In this document: piece by piece, positions 39,451 through 49,152 of the stretch
How positions within the stretch are numbered: the stretch's first letter is position 1
Layout: each line of letters opens with the position of its first letter
Virus record (IMG/VR): IMGVR_UViG_3300032233_002382
Span: 192,001 to 256,000 of that record
Length of the DNA stretch: 64,000 bases
From: a virus
Taxonomy: Duplodnaviria; Caudoviricetes
Strand: one strand, 5' to 3'
The notes under the pieces: model-generated
What the model saw: only the letters and a program-made list of their open reading frames with translations
Database searches by the model: none
What the model was told of the DNA's origin: nothing
Position numbers and translations under genes: made by a program

Positions 39451-40763
39451 CTTCTATAAGTATTTTCGAATACAGGGGTTCGACCACGAATTTCCCGCTC
39501 ATCCGGAATCGCCTGGCGTTCCGTCGTCATAGGGGTTGCGCTGCCTTCACCCGGAATTATATATCGAGTCTGCGGGATGACTAAGCTCGAAGTATCCAAC
39601 ACCGGAACCTTATACCGAATATCCGATTCATCTAAGTGAGAAATAGAAAAATGTTGTTGCAATTGCATCCCACGATTCGTTGGCATACGAACTGGACCTA
39701 GTCCATATCGATCACCATTCAATTTCACAATAAAGTCTCTCTGAGATAGGAGCGGACTTGGGCCGGTCCAAGTTTCATAATTATGCGTTAGACTTCTACC
39801 ACGGTTGCTTTGAGCAATCGATCGGTCCGCATCGTCCGGAGCAATAATTAAGTCGTATGGACCATCATAACCACCGATAATGCCCGTACCAAAACAAGTT
39901 AGACAGTCTGAAGCTGGCTGCTTATTTGTAAATGAATAACAACCGCACTTTGGTCCTACATATTTACGAATAAAGCATTTTACGCGTTCACCGCTTTGAT
40001 CTAGTATGAACTTATTCCGACGAATTGCTTCCCGCCAAATCCAGTCTAACTGTTCGATAGCGTTAGAATTAGTCGTGGTCGCTTTCTTGAGTTCAGTCTC
40101 GATAAGAGCACCATTCTCGTCATAAGCAATTGTAGTCACGCGATAAAACACGCGCTGATATAAGACAGTCTTGCTAACGGCATTAAAATATCTATACGAG
40201 GCCAATACGACCGAATCTAAGTTCGGCACGACGGACGGAACCATCTTTTGACTTATCACGTCAAAAGTCGGATTTGTTTCGATCACCACTTCGCCAGTTT
40301 GAGAAACAACCGATCTCACTTTAGCTTGACGACCGTCAATAGTGACATACATATTCGCGTCAATATCATCGGAATTGATAGCAGGCTGCAAGTAAAGCGG
40401 AGTGTTAACCGTTTTAAAGATCCAACGTCCCAGAGAGTCCGTCGGACCAACAGTGAGCCAATTTTTAGATACTTCTTCCTTAAAAACAGCTTTTACCTGG
40501 GTTCGATCCCGATAGAAATTCGCCTGAATTGGCGTGGCATTTAGTTTAATATAAGGACCGAATTGGGAATCAAAACTTCGATAAACGTTCACCCCGATTA
40601 CATTAAATTTCGTGTTCGCAGATAACTCTGCCGGATTAGACCACCAAATATCTACAGTATACTTATCAAATGCAGAAGCACAAGTAACCGTCAGAGGAGA
40701 CAGAGGTCTCTCCGGGTTAATGATCTCTAACGGTGATATAGGCCTATCGGGAGGTGACGGCAT
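39447..40763 (-). CDS. neck/head-closure protein with FnIII-like N-terminus and CxC..CxxC zinc motif
   Basis: KCGCY...SDCLTCFGTGIIGGY...P.L..RDFIV...G.RY motifs typical of myovirus head-closure proteins. Confidence 0.65.
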   Translation of the reverse strand: MPSPPDRPISPLEIINPERPLSPLTVTCASAFDKYTVDIWWSNPAELSANTKFNVIGVNVYRSFDSQFGPYIKLNATPIQANFYRDRTQVKAVFKEEVSKNWLTVGPTDSLGRWIFKTVNTPLYLQPAINSDDIDANMYVTIDGRQAKVRSVVSQTGEVVIETNPTFDVISQKMVPSVVPNLDSVVLASYRYFNAVSKTVLYQRVFYRVTTIAYDENGALIETELKKATTTNSNAIEQLDWIWREAIRRNKFILDQSGERVKCFIRKYVGPKCGCYSFTNKQPASDCLTCFGTGIIGGYDGPYDLIIAPDDADRSIAQSNRGRSLTHNYETWTGPSPLLSQRDFIVKLNGDRYGLGPVRMPTNRGMQLQQHFSISHLDESDIRYKVPVLDTSSLVIPQTRYIIPGEGSATPMTTERQAIPDEREIRGRTPVFENTYRR

Positions 40764-40792
40764 CTTATTTTAGCCGTCGCAATAAGGCCCGA

Positions 40793-41071
40793 TTACTGGG
40801 CAGTATTATCTTCTTCTTTGAACTGCACAACTACTTCGCCGTTAGGACCGACGTTCACATCCTTGACGTCGGCAGGCTTAATTTTATTGTCTGACAGAAG
40901 ATCATCTATGATCTTCTGACGAGACAGATACATCGAATCGATGGCCTCGAGCATCTTTCGGGCTTTGAGCGTCAGTACAACATGCTCAGAAGACCAGTGA
41001 CTTATAGACGCCTCGAACTGCGTCAACTGGGCGAGAGATTCTTTAGAAAGCTGAAGTTTAGCAGTGGTCAT
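40793..41071 (-). CDS. small coiled-coil hypothetical protein
   Basis: ORF with GTATGGT-N5-ATG start. Confidence 0.6.
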   Translation of the reverse strand: MTTAKLQLSKESLAQLTQFEASISHWSSEHVVLTLKARKMLEAIDSMYLSRQKIIDDLLSDNKIKPADVKDVNVGPNGEVVVQFKEEDNTAQ

Positions 41072-41101
41072 GATATACCATACCGAACAAATATCTTAGT
41101 G

Positions 41102-41740
41102 TTAGTCGTCTGAGGACGACTCGTCATCCGAATCATCATCCGAATCGTCAGACTCATCGAGCAGGTCTTCTAGAGATTCCGCTGAACCAGAAGACTCATC
41201 CATTGAAGATTCTAGGTCATCCGATTCGTTGTCATCGGAGTTCTCAGAATAATCTACCGACCCTTCTAAGTCTAACTCACTGCTTTCATCCACTTGATCC
41301 CCATAATCTTCGGAGAGTTCACCGGCATCAGAAGATTTCGATCCTTCTTCCTCTGAGGTATCGGTATCAGAACCATCACCTAGTCCAAATTCATCCGCCC
41401 CTAGATCGCTCTCATCTATTAAAGAACAGTCTATCTTAATGGGCAACACTTTTACTTCGGTTTTGTTTAACCCAAGGTCATCGGATACTACTTTCATACT
41501 CGATTCAATCGCACTTTGAAGCTCGGCTTTGAGCTTGGAGACAAGATCAGCTTTAGACACCTGTCCATCAAAAGTAGCATTTAACAACAATTCGACATTA
41601 CAAGCATATTCGGTAGTGGCAGAGGTAATATCCAATTCCGAATCGACATCATCGCCTACTTCTAATTCGTCCTGCGACTCGTCAATATCTTCCTCATACT
41701 GAGCTGCAATGCGACTAGCGATTCGATTTAAATGACGCAT
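41102..41740 (-). CDS. very acidic protein with RIASRIA leader; likely ATG start 41740
   Basis: D/E/S-rich C-terminal half; GTATAAT-N6-ATG. Confidence 0.6.
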   Translation of the reverse strand: MRHLNRIASRIAAQYEEDIDESQDELEVGDDVDSELDITSATTEYACNVELLLNATFDGQVSKADLVSKLKAELQSAIESSMKVVSDDLGLNKTEVKVLPIKIDCSLIDESDLGADEFGLGDGSDTDTSEEEGSKSSDAGELSEDYGDQVDESSELDLEGSVDYSENSDDNESDDLESSMDESSGSAESLEDLLDESDDSDDDSDDESSSDD

Positions 41741-41762
41741 AGTTAAATTATACAAAAAGGAT

Positions 41763-41930
41763 CTATATATAGAACATCACAAGAACATTATAGATATCTT
41801 GTCGTTGTAAATAAGCCGCCCGCTTACATCCCCGGCACTTAGAATCAAGTCCGTCGGATTTAGATCGACTCCGAGCGAACGCGTGTAAATCCAGTGTTAA
41901 TTTGCATGTAGAACATATCTTCTGATTCAT
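41763..41930 (-). pseudogene. 55-aa zinc-binding N-terminal remnant of an HNH/endonuclease-VII-type homing endonuclease
   Basis: manual translation MNQKICSTCKLTLDLHAFARSRSKSDGLDSKCRGCKRAAYLQRQDIYNVLVMFYI*; absent from ORF track. Confidence 0.6.
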
Positions 41931-41968
41931 AAAGCAAAATAATCACATTCGTCTTAGACAGACAATGA

Positions 41969-42880
41969 TTAAATTCCCAAAAACCTGCGAGGAGTTAAAG
42001 CGCCTCTGCCAACTGAAGGACCGAATGAGGACCTGATGCCGACGCCATATCTAGACTGCTGAATACCGCGTATAACTTTTACAGTCGCCTTCGCTCCGGT
42101 ATCAGCGTTAAGCATGTCTTTGAAACGAGTATCTATAGCATCCGCCATACTTTGATATTTCGAAGATTTTTCTAAATCAAGAGACACTCCACCGATAGAG
42201 TATCCAAATTCCTCAGCGGTCCAGTTAATCGATAGTGCCTGAAGAGCATAAACCATCGCCCCGGTAAGCACCAAAGAACGCCAACCAGCATTCTGCTGGA
42301 TCAACTGATCGATGGTCGCATAAAAAGTCCTAGGTGGGTACATATTAACAACATCGAGTGCGACCTTTAGGAATTCCAATAATTCAGGGTCTTCCCATAT
42401 ATACCCGAATACTCTATTAAATTGATTTACCGCTTCCTCCCCACTAGGGGGCTGGAAGTGATAATTTCGAGCTGGATTAGCGTCTCTAAGAAGAATTCTT
42501 AATGAACGAACAAGCTCAGATTCATTATTCGAGGCACCAGGGAGTGCTACGGGGGCCACGTCATTTGCTATAACGCAGAATTCTTGAACGACATTTGCGA
42601 ATGGTGAAGTGAGGTATTCCCTCATCTTCCATCTGATCCGGTAATCACCAATGTTCGCATCGATCGGGATGGTGAAATTAGCATAATACTCGCCGACTGC
42701 TGGGTTAACGGGAATCCGATCAGCAGGTGGGAGAAGGACTTCGACCCCCGTAGTGAAGTCGTATACATTATAAAATATCTGAGCGGCATTACGAGGCGTA
42801 CCGTCCTTAGACTTCAGGAATATGGACAGGCCGTTTGCGCGTCCTAACTGCTGGCAACGTTTGAATATGACACCGCTCAT
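41969..42880 (-). CDS. head-tail adaptor/neck protein with N-terminal Ig-like domain
   Basis: LRILLRD...IWEDPEL..FL..AL..VN..PP...YSIGGVSLDLEKSSKY pattern. Confidence 0.7.
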   Translation of the reverse strand: MSGVIFKRCQQLGRANGLSIFLKSKDGTPRNAAQIFYNVYDFTTGVEVLLPPADRIPVNPAVGEYYANFTIPIDANIGDYRIRWKMREYLTSPFANVVQEFCVIANDVAPVALPGASNNESELVRSLRILLRDANPARNYHFQPPSGEEAVNQFNRVFGYIWEDPELLEFLKVALDVVNMYPPRTFYATIDQLIQQNAGWRSLVLTGAMVYALQALSINWTAEEFGYSIGGVSLDLEKSSKYQSMADAIDTRFKDMLNADTGAKATVKVIRGIQQSRYGVGIRSSFGPSVGRGALTPRRFLGI

Positions 42881-42894
42881 ATTAATACCCGCTA

Positions 42895-44379
42895 CTATAG
42901 GTCTACGAGCGATTCTAAACGATTTATTTGACGATTGAGTTCGTTCAGTCGAACATGCAGTATTTCACGGTCTTCATCGTTCTCAGGGATTTCATACTCC
43001 AATACTTCCTTTTCTTTAATAGCATCCTCGTATTGAGATCTATAAATCGAGTCCATCTGCTCCGTCAGCGACTGGATTTGATCAGCGTGCTGCTTGCGAT
43101 CCGAACCGTATAGGCTGTACATCTTCTTCTTAAGTGATTGTATCTCGGGTGTGTCGAAGGCATCTGGTGTAACATATTTCTTTTTGAATTCGAAGTCGCG
43201 AATTCTTTCCTGTTTCTTCTTAATACTTCTATCTTTAAGAGATCTACGTTTTTTAATAGAGGTCTCTAACTCAGGTCTGATATCTATGTCGTGTTGCTGC
43301 CCAACGTATTTAAGCATCAACATCAGCTTAGAAACCGCTGTGACCAACGCTTTTACATCAGCGGCACTAGTGTGACTTGCATCTTTATTTAGTATACCCA
43401 ATGCCGAGTTTACGTAGTCTAAATTATAGTAGTTTGGTTTACCGTTGAGCAGTTTAGAAAAACGATCGACAATATCGCGATCGTTGACTTTATCGATAAC
43501 AGAATCTACGTACACCTGCATGAACTCTTGAGAATCTAGGTTGTCACATTTCTTAAGGGCAGAATCATTGATACCGTAAATCCTGCAACGACGCGAAATG
43601 AACTCACGATCGAACGGAGCATTATGTGCTACTAAAACGACTTTATAACTGGACGAAATGCGACGCACAAATTCAATGAATTCTTCTAAAAGATCTGACT
43701 CGGGCTTAAAGTCCGGAGGCATCTCACTGGTGGGAATTTCAATGGCTGGGCCTAATTCACTCTCAAAATCTTTGGTCGGTTTACGTTCTAAAGGCTTGTA
43801 ATTGAGAGGCTTAGGCGGTAACGAGATATTGCGCTCGCTAACGAATCGGTCTAGTGGATAACGATTAAATTCTAAAATGGCTCTGACAGTCGGACCACCC
43901 CTGGCGGTATCAAGATTCTTTATCGTATCTTCTGTTAAATCCGCAGTTCCGTGAATATGGCCGAGGTATTCGGGTTTATATCCACCATGAGTCGAAATGA
44001 ACTCTTGTTCTTCCTCTTTAGTACGTTTTTCGATGAAATCTTTTAAACCAACAGCTACAGCTGAGACTTGAGTAATTTGCACGTTTGGGAGTTGGTTTGG
44101 TAAACCCGTAGTCTCAGTGTCATAGAATACGAATGCATGATTCGTAAATTTGCTAAAAATCGAGTCAAAAAGATCTGCGGCCTTTACCTTCCCGGAGTCA
44201 TCGACTGGAAGTTCATAAGCACTCATATGTGAACCCGAAGAAATCTTTAAGCTAATTGCTCGTAAATCTGCACGTGGTAAGGAGGCAATACTAGTGCCAT
44301 AATCGGGTCGTTCCATTATATGACCGACCCATTCTCGATTGCTAGAAAGGCTATCAGAGAGTTTGTTGATTTTTAACAT
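42895..44379 (-). CDS. DEDDh 3'-5' exonuclease (DnaQ-like); likely ATG start 44379
   Basis: ExoI YDTETTGL, ExoII AHNAPFD, ExoIII HTSAADV. Confidence 0.85.
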   Translation of the reverse strand: MLKINKLSDSLSSNREWVGHIMERPDYGTSIASLPRADLRAISLKISSGSHMSAYELPVDDSGKVKAADLFDSIFSKFTNHAFVFYDTETTGLPNQLPNVQITQVSAVAVGLKDFIEKRTKEEEQEFISTHGGYKPEYLGHIHGTADLTEDTIKNLDTARGGPTVRAILEFNRYPLDRFVSERNISLPPKPLNYKPLERKPTKDFESELGPAIEIPTSEMPPDFKPESDLLEEFIEFVRRISSSYKVVLVAHNAPFDREFISRRCRIYGINDSALKKCDNLDSQEFMQVYVDSVIDKVNDRDIVDRFSKLLNGKPNYYNLDYVNSALGILNKDASHTSAADVKALVTAVSKLMLMLKYVGQQHDIDIRPELETSIKKRRSLKDRSIKKKQERIRDFEFKKKYVTPDAFDTPEIQSLKKKMYSLYGSDRKQHADQIQSLTEQMDSIYRSQYEDAIKEKEVLEYEIPENDEDREILHVRLNELNRQINRLESLVDL

Positions 44380-45116
44380 CCGCAACTCCCTGCGCACGAA
44401 TTATACACCCCGCATAAACCAGGGTAACAAGCAGGTTTACAATGACACCCACAATTGTGACCCACGTTTGAGACGTTGGCAACAGGTTGCGGACAAAAAA
44501 CATTAAACTTCATAGAAGGAGCGGATGTAATGCCTGTGAAGGGGTCCGTATAATTCCATTCAATCGAATACGTTCCAGAAAGACCGTTAACAATCCATAT
44601 CACGAAATAATGGCCTACACCAGCGCGAGAGGCCACCTGATAATCGACCACAACGCAGCCATCAGGGCGAAGTATTCGGTAACGAACATTATCCGCATCC
44701 ACTAACTCACAATATTCATTCTTTATGTAGAGAGCAAGGTCATCTACGCTTGTCACATATCCCACAACATACGTCTTAGAAGATGGATCAGGAAGAAGAG
44801 ACGCAGGTTTCACCTGACCATCGACAATCGTAAACTGACCAGACTGAGCTACATAAAAATTCGTCGAATAAATCTCAGATCCATTAACAAACCACTTTGC
44901 TACATAGGTCCCAGGATTTACAGTTCGGTACGGAGCGTAGTACACACCATCATAATAGTTTATACTTGATAGATCCCGACCACTCACAAGGGTACAGTTA
45001 GTGTCGAATATAGAATATGTTACTTTTAAAGCGTCTAAAGTTCGACCTTCTAAATCGCGAATGATAATCGAAAGATCACCACGACTTAAATCAGTATTTA
45101 CATTAAAGAAATTCAT
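44373..45116 (-). CDS. tandem Ig-like domain protein with Cys-rich tail
   Basis: two G.Y.A..W repeats resembling the N-terminus of 41969..42880; C-terminal CGCHCKPACYPGLC. Confidence 0.55.
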   Translation of the reverse strand: MNFFNVNTDLSRGDLSIIIRDLEGRTLDALKVTYSIFDTNCTLVSGRDLSSINYYDGVYYAPYRTVNPGTYVAKWFVNGSEIYSTNFYVAQSGQFTIVDGQVKPASLLPDPSSKTYVVGYVTSVDDLALYIKNEYCELVDADNVRYRILRPDGCVVVDYQVASRAGVGHYFVIWIVNGLSGTYSIEWNYTDPFTGITSAPSMKFNVFCPQPVANVSNVGHNCGCHCKPACYPGLCGVYNSCAGSCGC

Positions 45117-45117
45117 T

Positions 45118-45828
45118 TTATTTATAGAATGAACTGGTCAACCCACCAGATATTGAAGTGGTGGAAGCCGGAATTATGTCGAATTCTCGAGCGATTATCG
45201 CGCCGCCAGCTGGATAGGTGAAGCTTAGTTTAATGAACCCAGTCGAACTCGGATAGAACCGGATCGAATAAAACCCAGGTGAACCAATGATCTCATTGAA
45301 ATAAACGTTGCCAGATACAACGGAAGAATCCGGAATGTTGGTTCCATCAAGAAGATTCCAACCTACGTTCACATTATTGACAAATGCGGACAAGAATAAA
45401 TCGCTAGCGACGATCCCATTAATACGGCTGGGCGGAGTGCTAGTGTTGAAAAAATCTAGTTGATCTAAGACGAGCTTACATGTAGACACAGTTCTAACAG
45501 GGACTGAATCAGTCGGAGCAGATACACCCCCACCACCTCCGCCACCACCAGAACCAACCGTTATGTTCGCGTACCATTGATTGTACGTATATGGGCCTAT
45601 TCCGGGAGAAGTAACGGCAATTTCTCCTCGCGCATACTGACCAGCTCCTAAAGATATGGGAAATTCATACTGACCGACATCTACATTCACGAAAGCGGGG
45701 CCGACGGATGAAACTACCACTCCATTTGCATTGCAAATAGCGAATGAAGTCCATGTGGGCGCAGCACCCGAATTTATAAGGTTACCGCTCACAGACCGCA
45801 CAAAAAGCACTTCTCGTATTGACGACAT
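45118..45828 (-). CDS. two-domain Ig-like virion protein with poly-Gly linker; likely start 45828
   Basis: GAGG SD; GSGGGGGGG linker. Confidence 0.55.
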   Translation of the reverse strand: MSSIREVLFVRSVSGNLINSGAAPTWTSFAICNANGVVVSSVGPAFVNVDVGQYEFPISLGAGQYARGEIAVTSPGIGPYTYNQWYANITVGSGGGGGGGGVSAPTDSVPVRTVSTCKLVLDQLDFFNTSTPPSRINGIVASDLFLSAFVNNVNVGWNLLDGTNIPDSSVVSGNVYFNEIIGSPGFYSIRFYPSSTGFIKLSFTYPAGGAIIAREFDIIPASTTSISGGLTSSFYK

Positions 45829-45838
45829 CAGACACCTC

Positions 45839-48751
45839 TTATGGAGCGCTCGTGCCGTTGACGAACGCAATTTCTACCCAGAGATTTCCGTCCCAAATAA
45901 AGATGATTGTAGCACCCGCTGAAAGAGTACGGGTGGCGCCGTTTAAGGAGAGTTTGTTAGCAGAGCCTCTTTGAATGACTATATTATTTGACATGCCTAC
46001 AATAGATTGTAATACCAACACCTGGCCAAGTGTTGGAGTGCCCCAACTGATAGTGGGAGCACTAGTCAGAGTAATATTACCGCCAGTCGTGTTGTTTAAT
46101 CGATGGTAAGAGCTTGTCGGGTTAATCGTGTTAGAAGCGGCTGTAATGGATTGAACCGCAGCTCCCGAAAAAATCACAGTCCCTAAACCTACAGATATCA
46201 AACCACTTGTTATCTGAGAACCTGATATCGCTATTGGAGTCGAAGCCGCAGTAGTAAGCTGTCCCTGGGCATTTGTAGTGAAGGTAGCGACTGAACTTGC
46301 AGAGCCGTAAGACGCTGCGACTACCCCCGTATTTGCAAGGTTTAAGCTAGTACTACCACCTAGTGAAACCGCACCACCACCAGTTAGACCAGTTCCAGGA
46401 TTTAAAGTAATGCTGGAGTTAGCTAAAGCTGCATTAGGAAGCTGACCAACCGTGAAAGTAGTACCGTCAGCAGTATAAACTGCCCTGTTGGCGACGCCAC
46501 CAGCCGATGTTAAATTGGTGCCACCCTGAGCTACTGACACAACACCAGAAGTTATCTGGGAGCCACTGATCGAAATATCTTGGTCCGTAAGCGACGTGAC
46601 TCGACCTTGAGCATCCGTTGTGATAGTAGCGCTTCGAGACGCGGTGCCTTTGGTAGTGGCCGTACCGACGTTTTGTAAGCTGATTGTTACATCAGCGGTT
46701 AACACACCGCCACCAGTAAGGCCGGTTCCGGCTATGACCTGGCGGGAGTCTGGGACTTTCCCAGATAAATCAGAGACTAAACCAATTACCTGTGATTGAC
46801 TAATATCTACAGAAATTGGAGCGACGCTGGTGACACGACCCTGATCATCGGTAGTAAAGACAGGAACTGAAGAAGCGGAACCGTAACTACCAGCGGTCCC
46901 AACATACGGCATCGAGATCGTTCGATCGGCCGATAGATCGCCTCCCCCCGATAAACCAGTTCCGGCAAAAATAGATGTGGTCTTATCCGCTTTATCATTT
47001 AAAGATGAATCGAGGCCAGTCACTTGATCGATAGTAATCAAGATCGGGGTGTCAACCGCGCCGATGACTCTACCAAATTCATCGGTAGTGATTACTGAAG
47101 TCGAAGAAGTAGAACCAAAAACCCCGGTAAATCCGAAAGACGGTAATGAAATAGTTACATCGCTAGACAGGAAGCCGCCACCAATTAGACCAGGACCAGC
47201 AAGCACCGAACGCGCGTCGGTCACAAAGCCAGACAAAGTTCCCGTTAGACCATTTAACGATAAGACACCTATATTTTCTACAGTAATGCTTCCGGGACCG
47301 TTTATAATGGAAATGCCAGGACCAGTGGAAATCTGAGCCGAGGTGTAGTTAACACCATCCCCAATAGGAATGAACCCGTTTGAAGGAATAGTGCTGATGC
47401 CCAAACCGCCATAACCTACGGGTAAAATTCCAGTTACGTCAGCACCGGCTGTTAGGTTCACTGGAGTCGCCGGGCTTTGCAACACACCATCAATCACGTG
47501 GACTAGGCCTGTACCCGAAATCGAGGGGACTGTGGTAGCCACGCTTCCTGCTGTGTTATCTCCGAAGGATAAGGTGATTGTTTGAGAAGCTATAGTGGAA
47601 CTTGCTTCGACTTCAATGTAAATACGGTCAGTGGTTAAAAGCGGAGTATTAGGGACGGCAATTAAGTTAAAGTATTGCTTAACAACAGTGGGAACGTAAA
47701 GGAATACTGGTTCAGAAGTCGAAATCAGCGTTGGGGTCAAACCGTCATACTTATAAAGTTTAAACCTGAAAAACACTGAATCCGCTAAGGAAGACGGCGA
47801 ACTTGCCCAGATGTTAAAATCCCATAGACCCGAAGGCAAAGATATTGAATTCGGGTCCGATGGGTCAGTTACGAAGGCAGCTACCGTGGCATAGACCCCG
47901 CCGGTAGGAAGCACAGACGAAGTAAAGCTTGTTGAAGATGATTGAAAGGAACTAGAAAGAAGCTTCGTTGAGCCAAAAAGTCCCGTGGTCGGTGCGGTTC
48001 CCGGAACATAATCATTAAAATAATAAATTTTACCGCCACCACCGGAGCCACCAGACGAAGGTGTGGTAGGCACCCATGCAGTTCCATTCCATGTGGGAAC
48101 GGTCCCAGGGACAGGGGTTTCAAGGGCTATTGGATTTAACTGCCACGAAAATAATACGGGATTTGGATAGCTGCTATCTGAAAGATCACCGCCTGCCAGA
48201 CCGGTCGGGGGTCTAGAGTCGCTCAAACGAGGATCGTTTCCTTCGGTTACAGTATTTGCAGCACTGCCATATACAGGCTGGAAGGTCCGATTTGCCGAAA
48301 GGTCACCGCCGCCCGTTAAACCATTTACAGAATTTATGACTATCGATTTATCGGCCTTATTGTCGGATAAACCAGTGATACCTAAAGCTAAGTCGTTTAG
48401 AGAATTTGAGATACTGGATAAATCCGAATTTAAACCTGATACTTGAGACTCTGATATAAGTATATCACTCGCGGTAATGCCCGAAACTCGACCTTGAATA
48501 TCAAGAGTGAGAACGGAAATCTGATCAGCGGCACCATAAACACCAGGAATACCTACATCAGGCATCGAAATCGTTCGATCGGCGCTTAAATCACCGCCGC
48601 CGGTCAAACCGGATCCTGCACTGATTGTTGTGGCTTTGAAAGCTAAAGAATCGGGTATCTGTGAGGAGGTCAGCTTGCCGTCATTATCTAAAGTCGCCGT
48701 ACCGTTCGCGGTACCGCCATTCGAAGGTATGTTCGGTCCAATGATAGGCAT
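45839..48751 (-). CDS. tail/head fibre protein (970 aa)
   Basis: about 6 copies of AGxGLxGGGxLSxDxTIS...YGS...TD.QGRVT fibre repeat. Confidence 0.8.
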   Translation of the reverse strand: MPIIGPNIPSNGGTANGTATLDNDGKLTSSQIPDSLAFKATTISAGSGLTGGGDLSADRTISMPDVGIPGVYGAADQISVLTLDIQGRVSGITASDILISESQVSGLNSDLSSISNSLNDLALGITGLSDNKADKSIVINSVNGLTGGGDLSANRTFQPVYGSAANTVTEGNDPRLSDSRPPTGLAGGDLSDSSYPNPVLFSWQLNPIALETPVPGTVPTWNGTAWVPTTPSSGGSGGGGKIYYFNDYVPGTAPTTGLFGSTKLLSSSFQSSSTSFTSSVLPTGGVYATVAAFVTDPSDPNSISLPSGLWDFNIWASSPSSLADSVFFRFKLYKYDGLTPTLISTSEPVFLYVPTVVKQYFNLIAVPNTPLLTTDRIYIEVEASSTIASQTITLSFGDNTAGSVATTVPSISGTGLVHVIDGVLQSPATPVNLTAGADVTGILPVGYGGLGISTIPSNGFIPIGDGVNYTSAQISTGPGISIINGPGSITVENIGVLSLNGLTGTLSGFVTDARSVLAGPGLIGGGFLSSDVTISLPSFGFTGVFGSTSSTSVITTDEFGRVIGAVDTPILITIDQVTGLDSSLNDKADKTTSIFAGTGLSGGGDLSADRTISMPYVGTAGSYGSASSVPVFTTDDQGRVTSVAPISVDISQSQVIGLVSDLSGKVPDSRQVIAGTGLTGGGVLTADVTISLQNVGTATTKGTASRSATITTDAQGRVTSLTDQDISISGSQITSGVVSVAQGGTNLTSAGGVANRAVYTADGTTFTVGQLPNAALANSSITLNPGTGLTGGGAVSLGGSTSLNLANTGVVAASYGSASSVATFTTNAQGQLTTAASTPIAISGSQITSGLISVGLGTVIFSGAAVQSITAASNTINPTSSYHRLNNTTGGNITLTSAPTISWGTPTLGQVLVLQSIVGMSNNIVIQRGSANKLSLNGATRTLSAGATIIFIWDGNLWVEIAFVNGTSAP

Positions 48752-48827
48752 ACATGCTCCGAATCGCGTTCAGCGACTTACACTAGGAAGCATGAATAAT
48801 GGTTTATGAACTCGCTAATGATACCGC

Positions 48828-49076
48828 TTACTGATCAAAACATAATTGCTTCATGGCGATAATCTTCTGGGAATACTCGTGCGCTTTAACAGTTGCGGTA
48901 CCCGAATAATAAGCGGTACGCAAATCCGAAATCGATCCACCGACGTTGCTAAATACAAAGTATTTTCGCGGACCGACCTTACGTTCGCGTTTAAGGGTAC
49001 AACCAGCCAAAATCAAATAGGCAGCAAAATAAATGTCGTGAGTTTCGTGTTCATCAGCGCTAAGAGTGGTTATCAT
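48828..49076 (-). CDS. DUF5659-like small protein
   Basis: T.DIYFAAYL...G..L......KYFVF pattern; leaderless start. Confidence 0.55.
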   Translation of the reverse strand: MITTLSADEHETHDIYFAAYLILAGCTLKRERKVGPRKYFVFSNVGGSISDLRTAYYSGTATVKAHEYSQKIIAMKQLCFDQ

Positions 49077-49101
49077 GAGTTACCATACAGAACGAATACG
49101 A

Positions 49102-49137
49102 ATCAGCCCCATATCCTGGATAGGATATGGGGCTGAT
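49102..49137. terminator. 16-bp inverted repeat hairpin
   Basis: ATCAGCCCCATATCCT-GGAT-AGGATATGGGGCTGAT. Confidence 0.75.
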
Positions 49138-49152
49138 CCGACTGAGGGAATA

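Noticed and set aside
1-42880. Interpretation as a bacterial eCIS, tailocin or T6SS locus
   Set aside because: Neck/adaptor genes, putative internal proteins, DnaE, glycosylase and dense phage-like organisation point to a jumbo phage; absence of capsid/terminase is explained by the window limit, though not proven.
45839-48751. DGR variable/template repeat or invertible fibre cassette
   Set aside because: Repeats are degenerate protein-level fibre repeats; no adenine-specific mismatch pair, reverse transcriptase or recombinase was seen.
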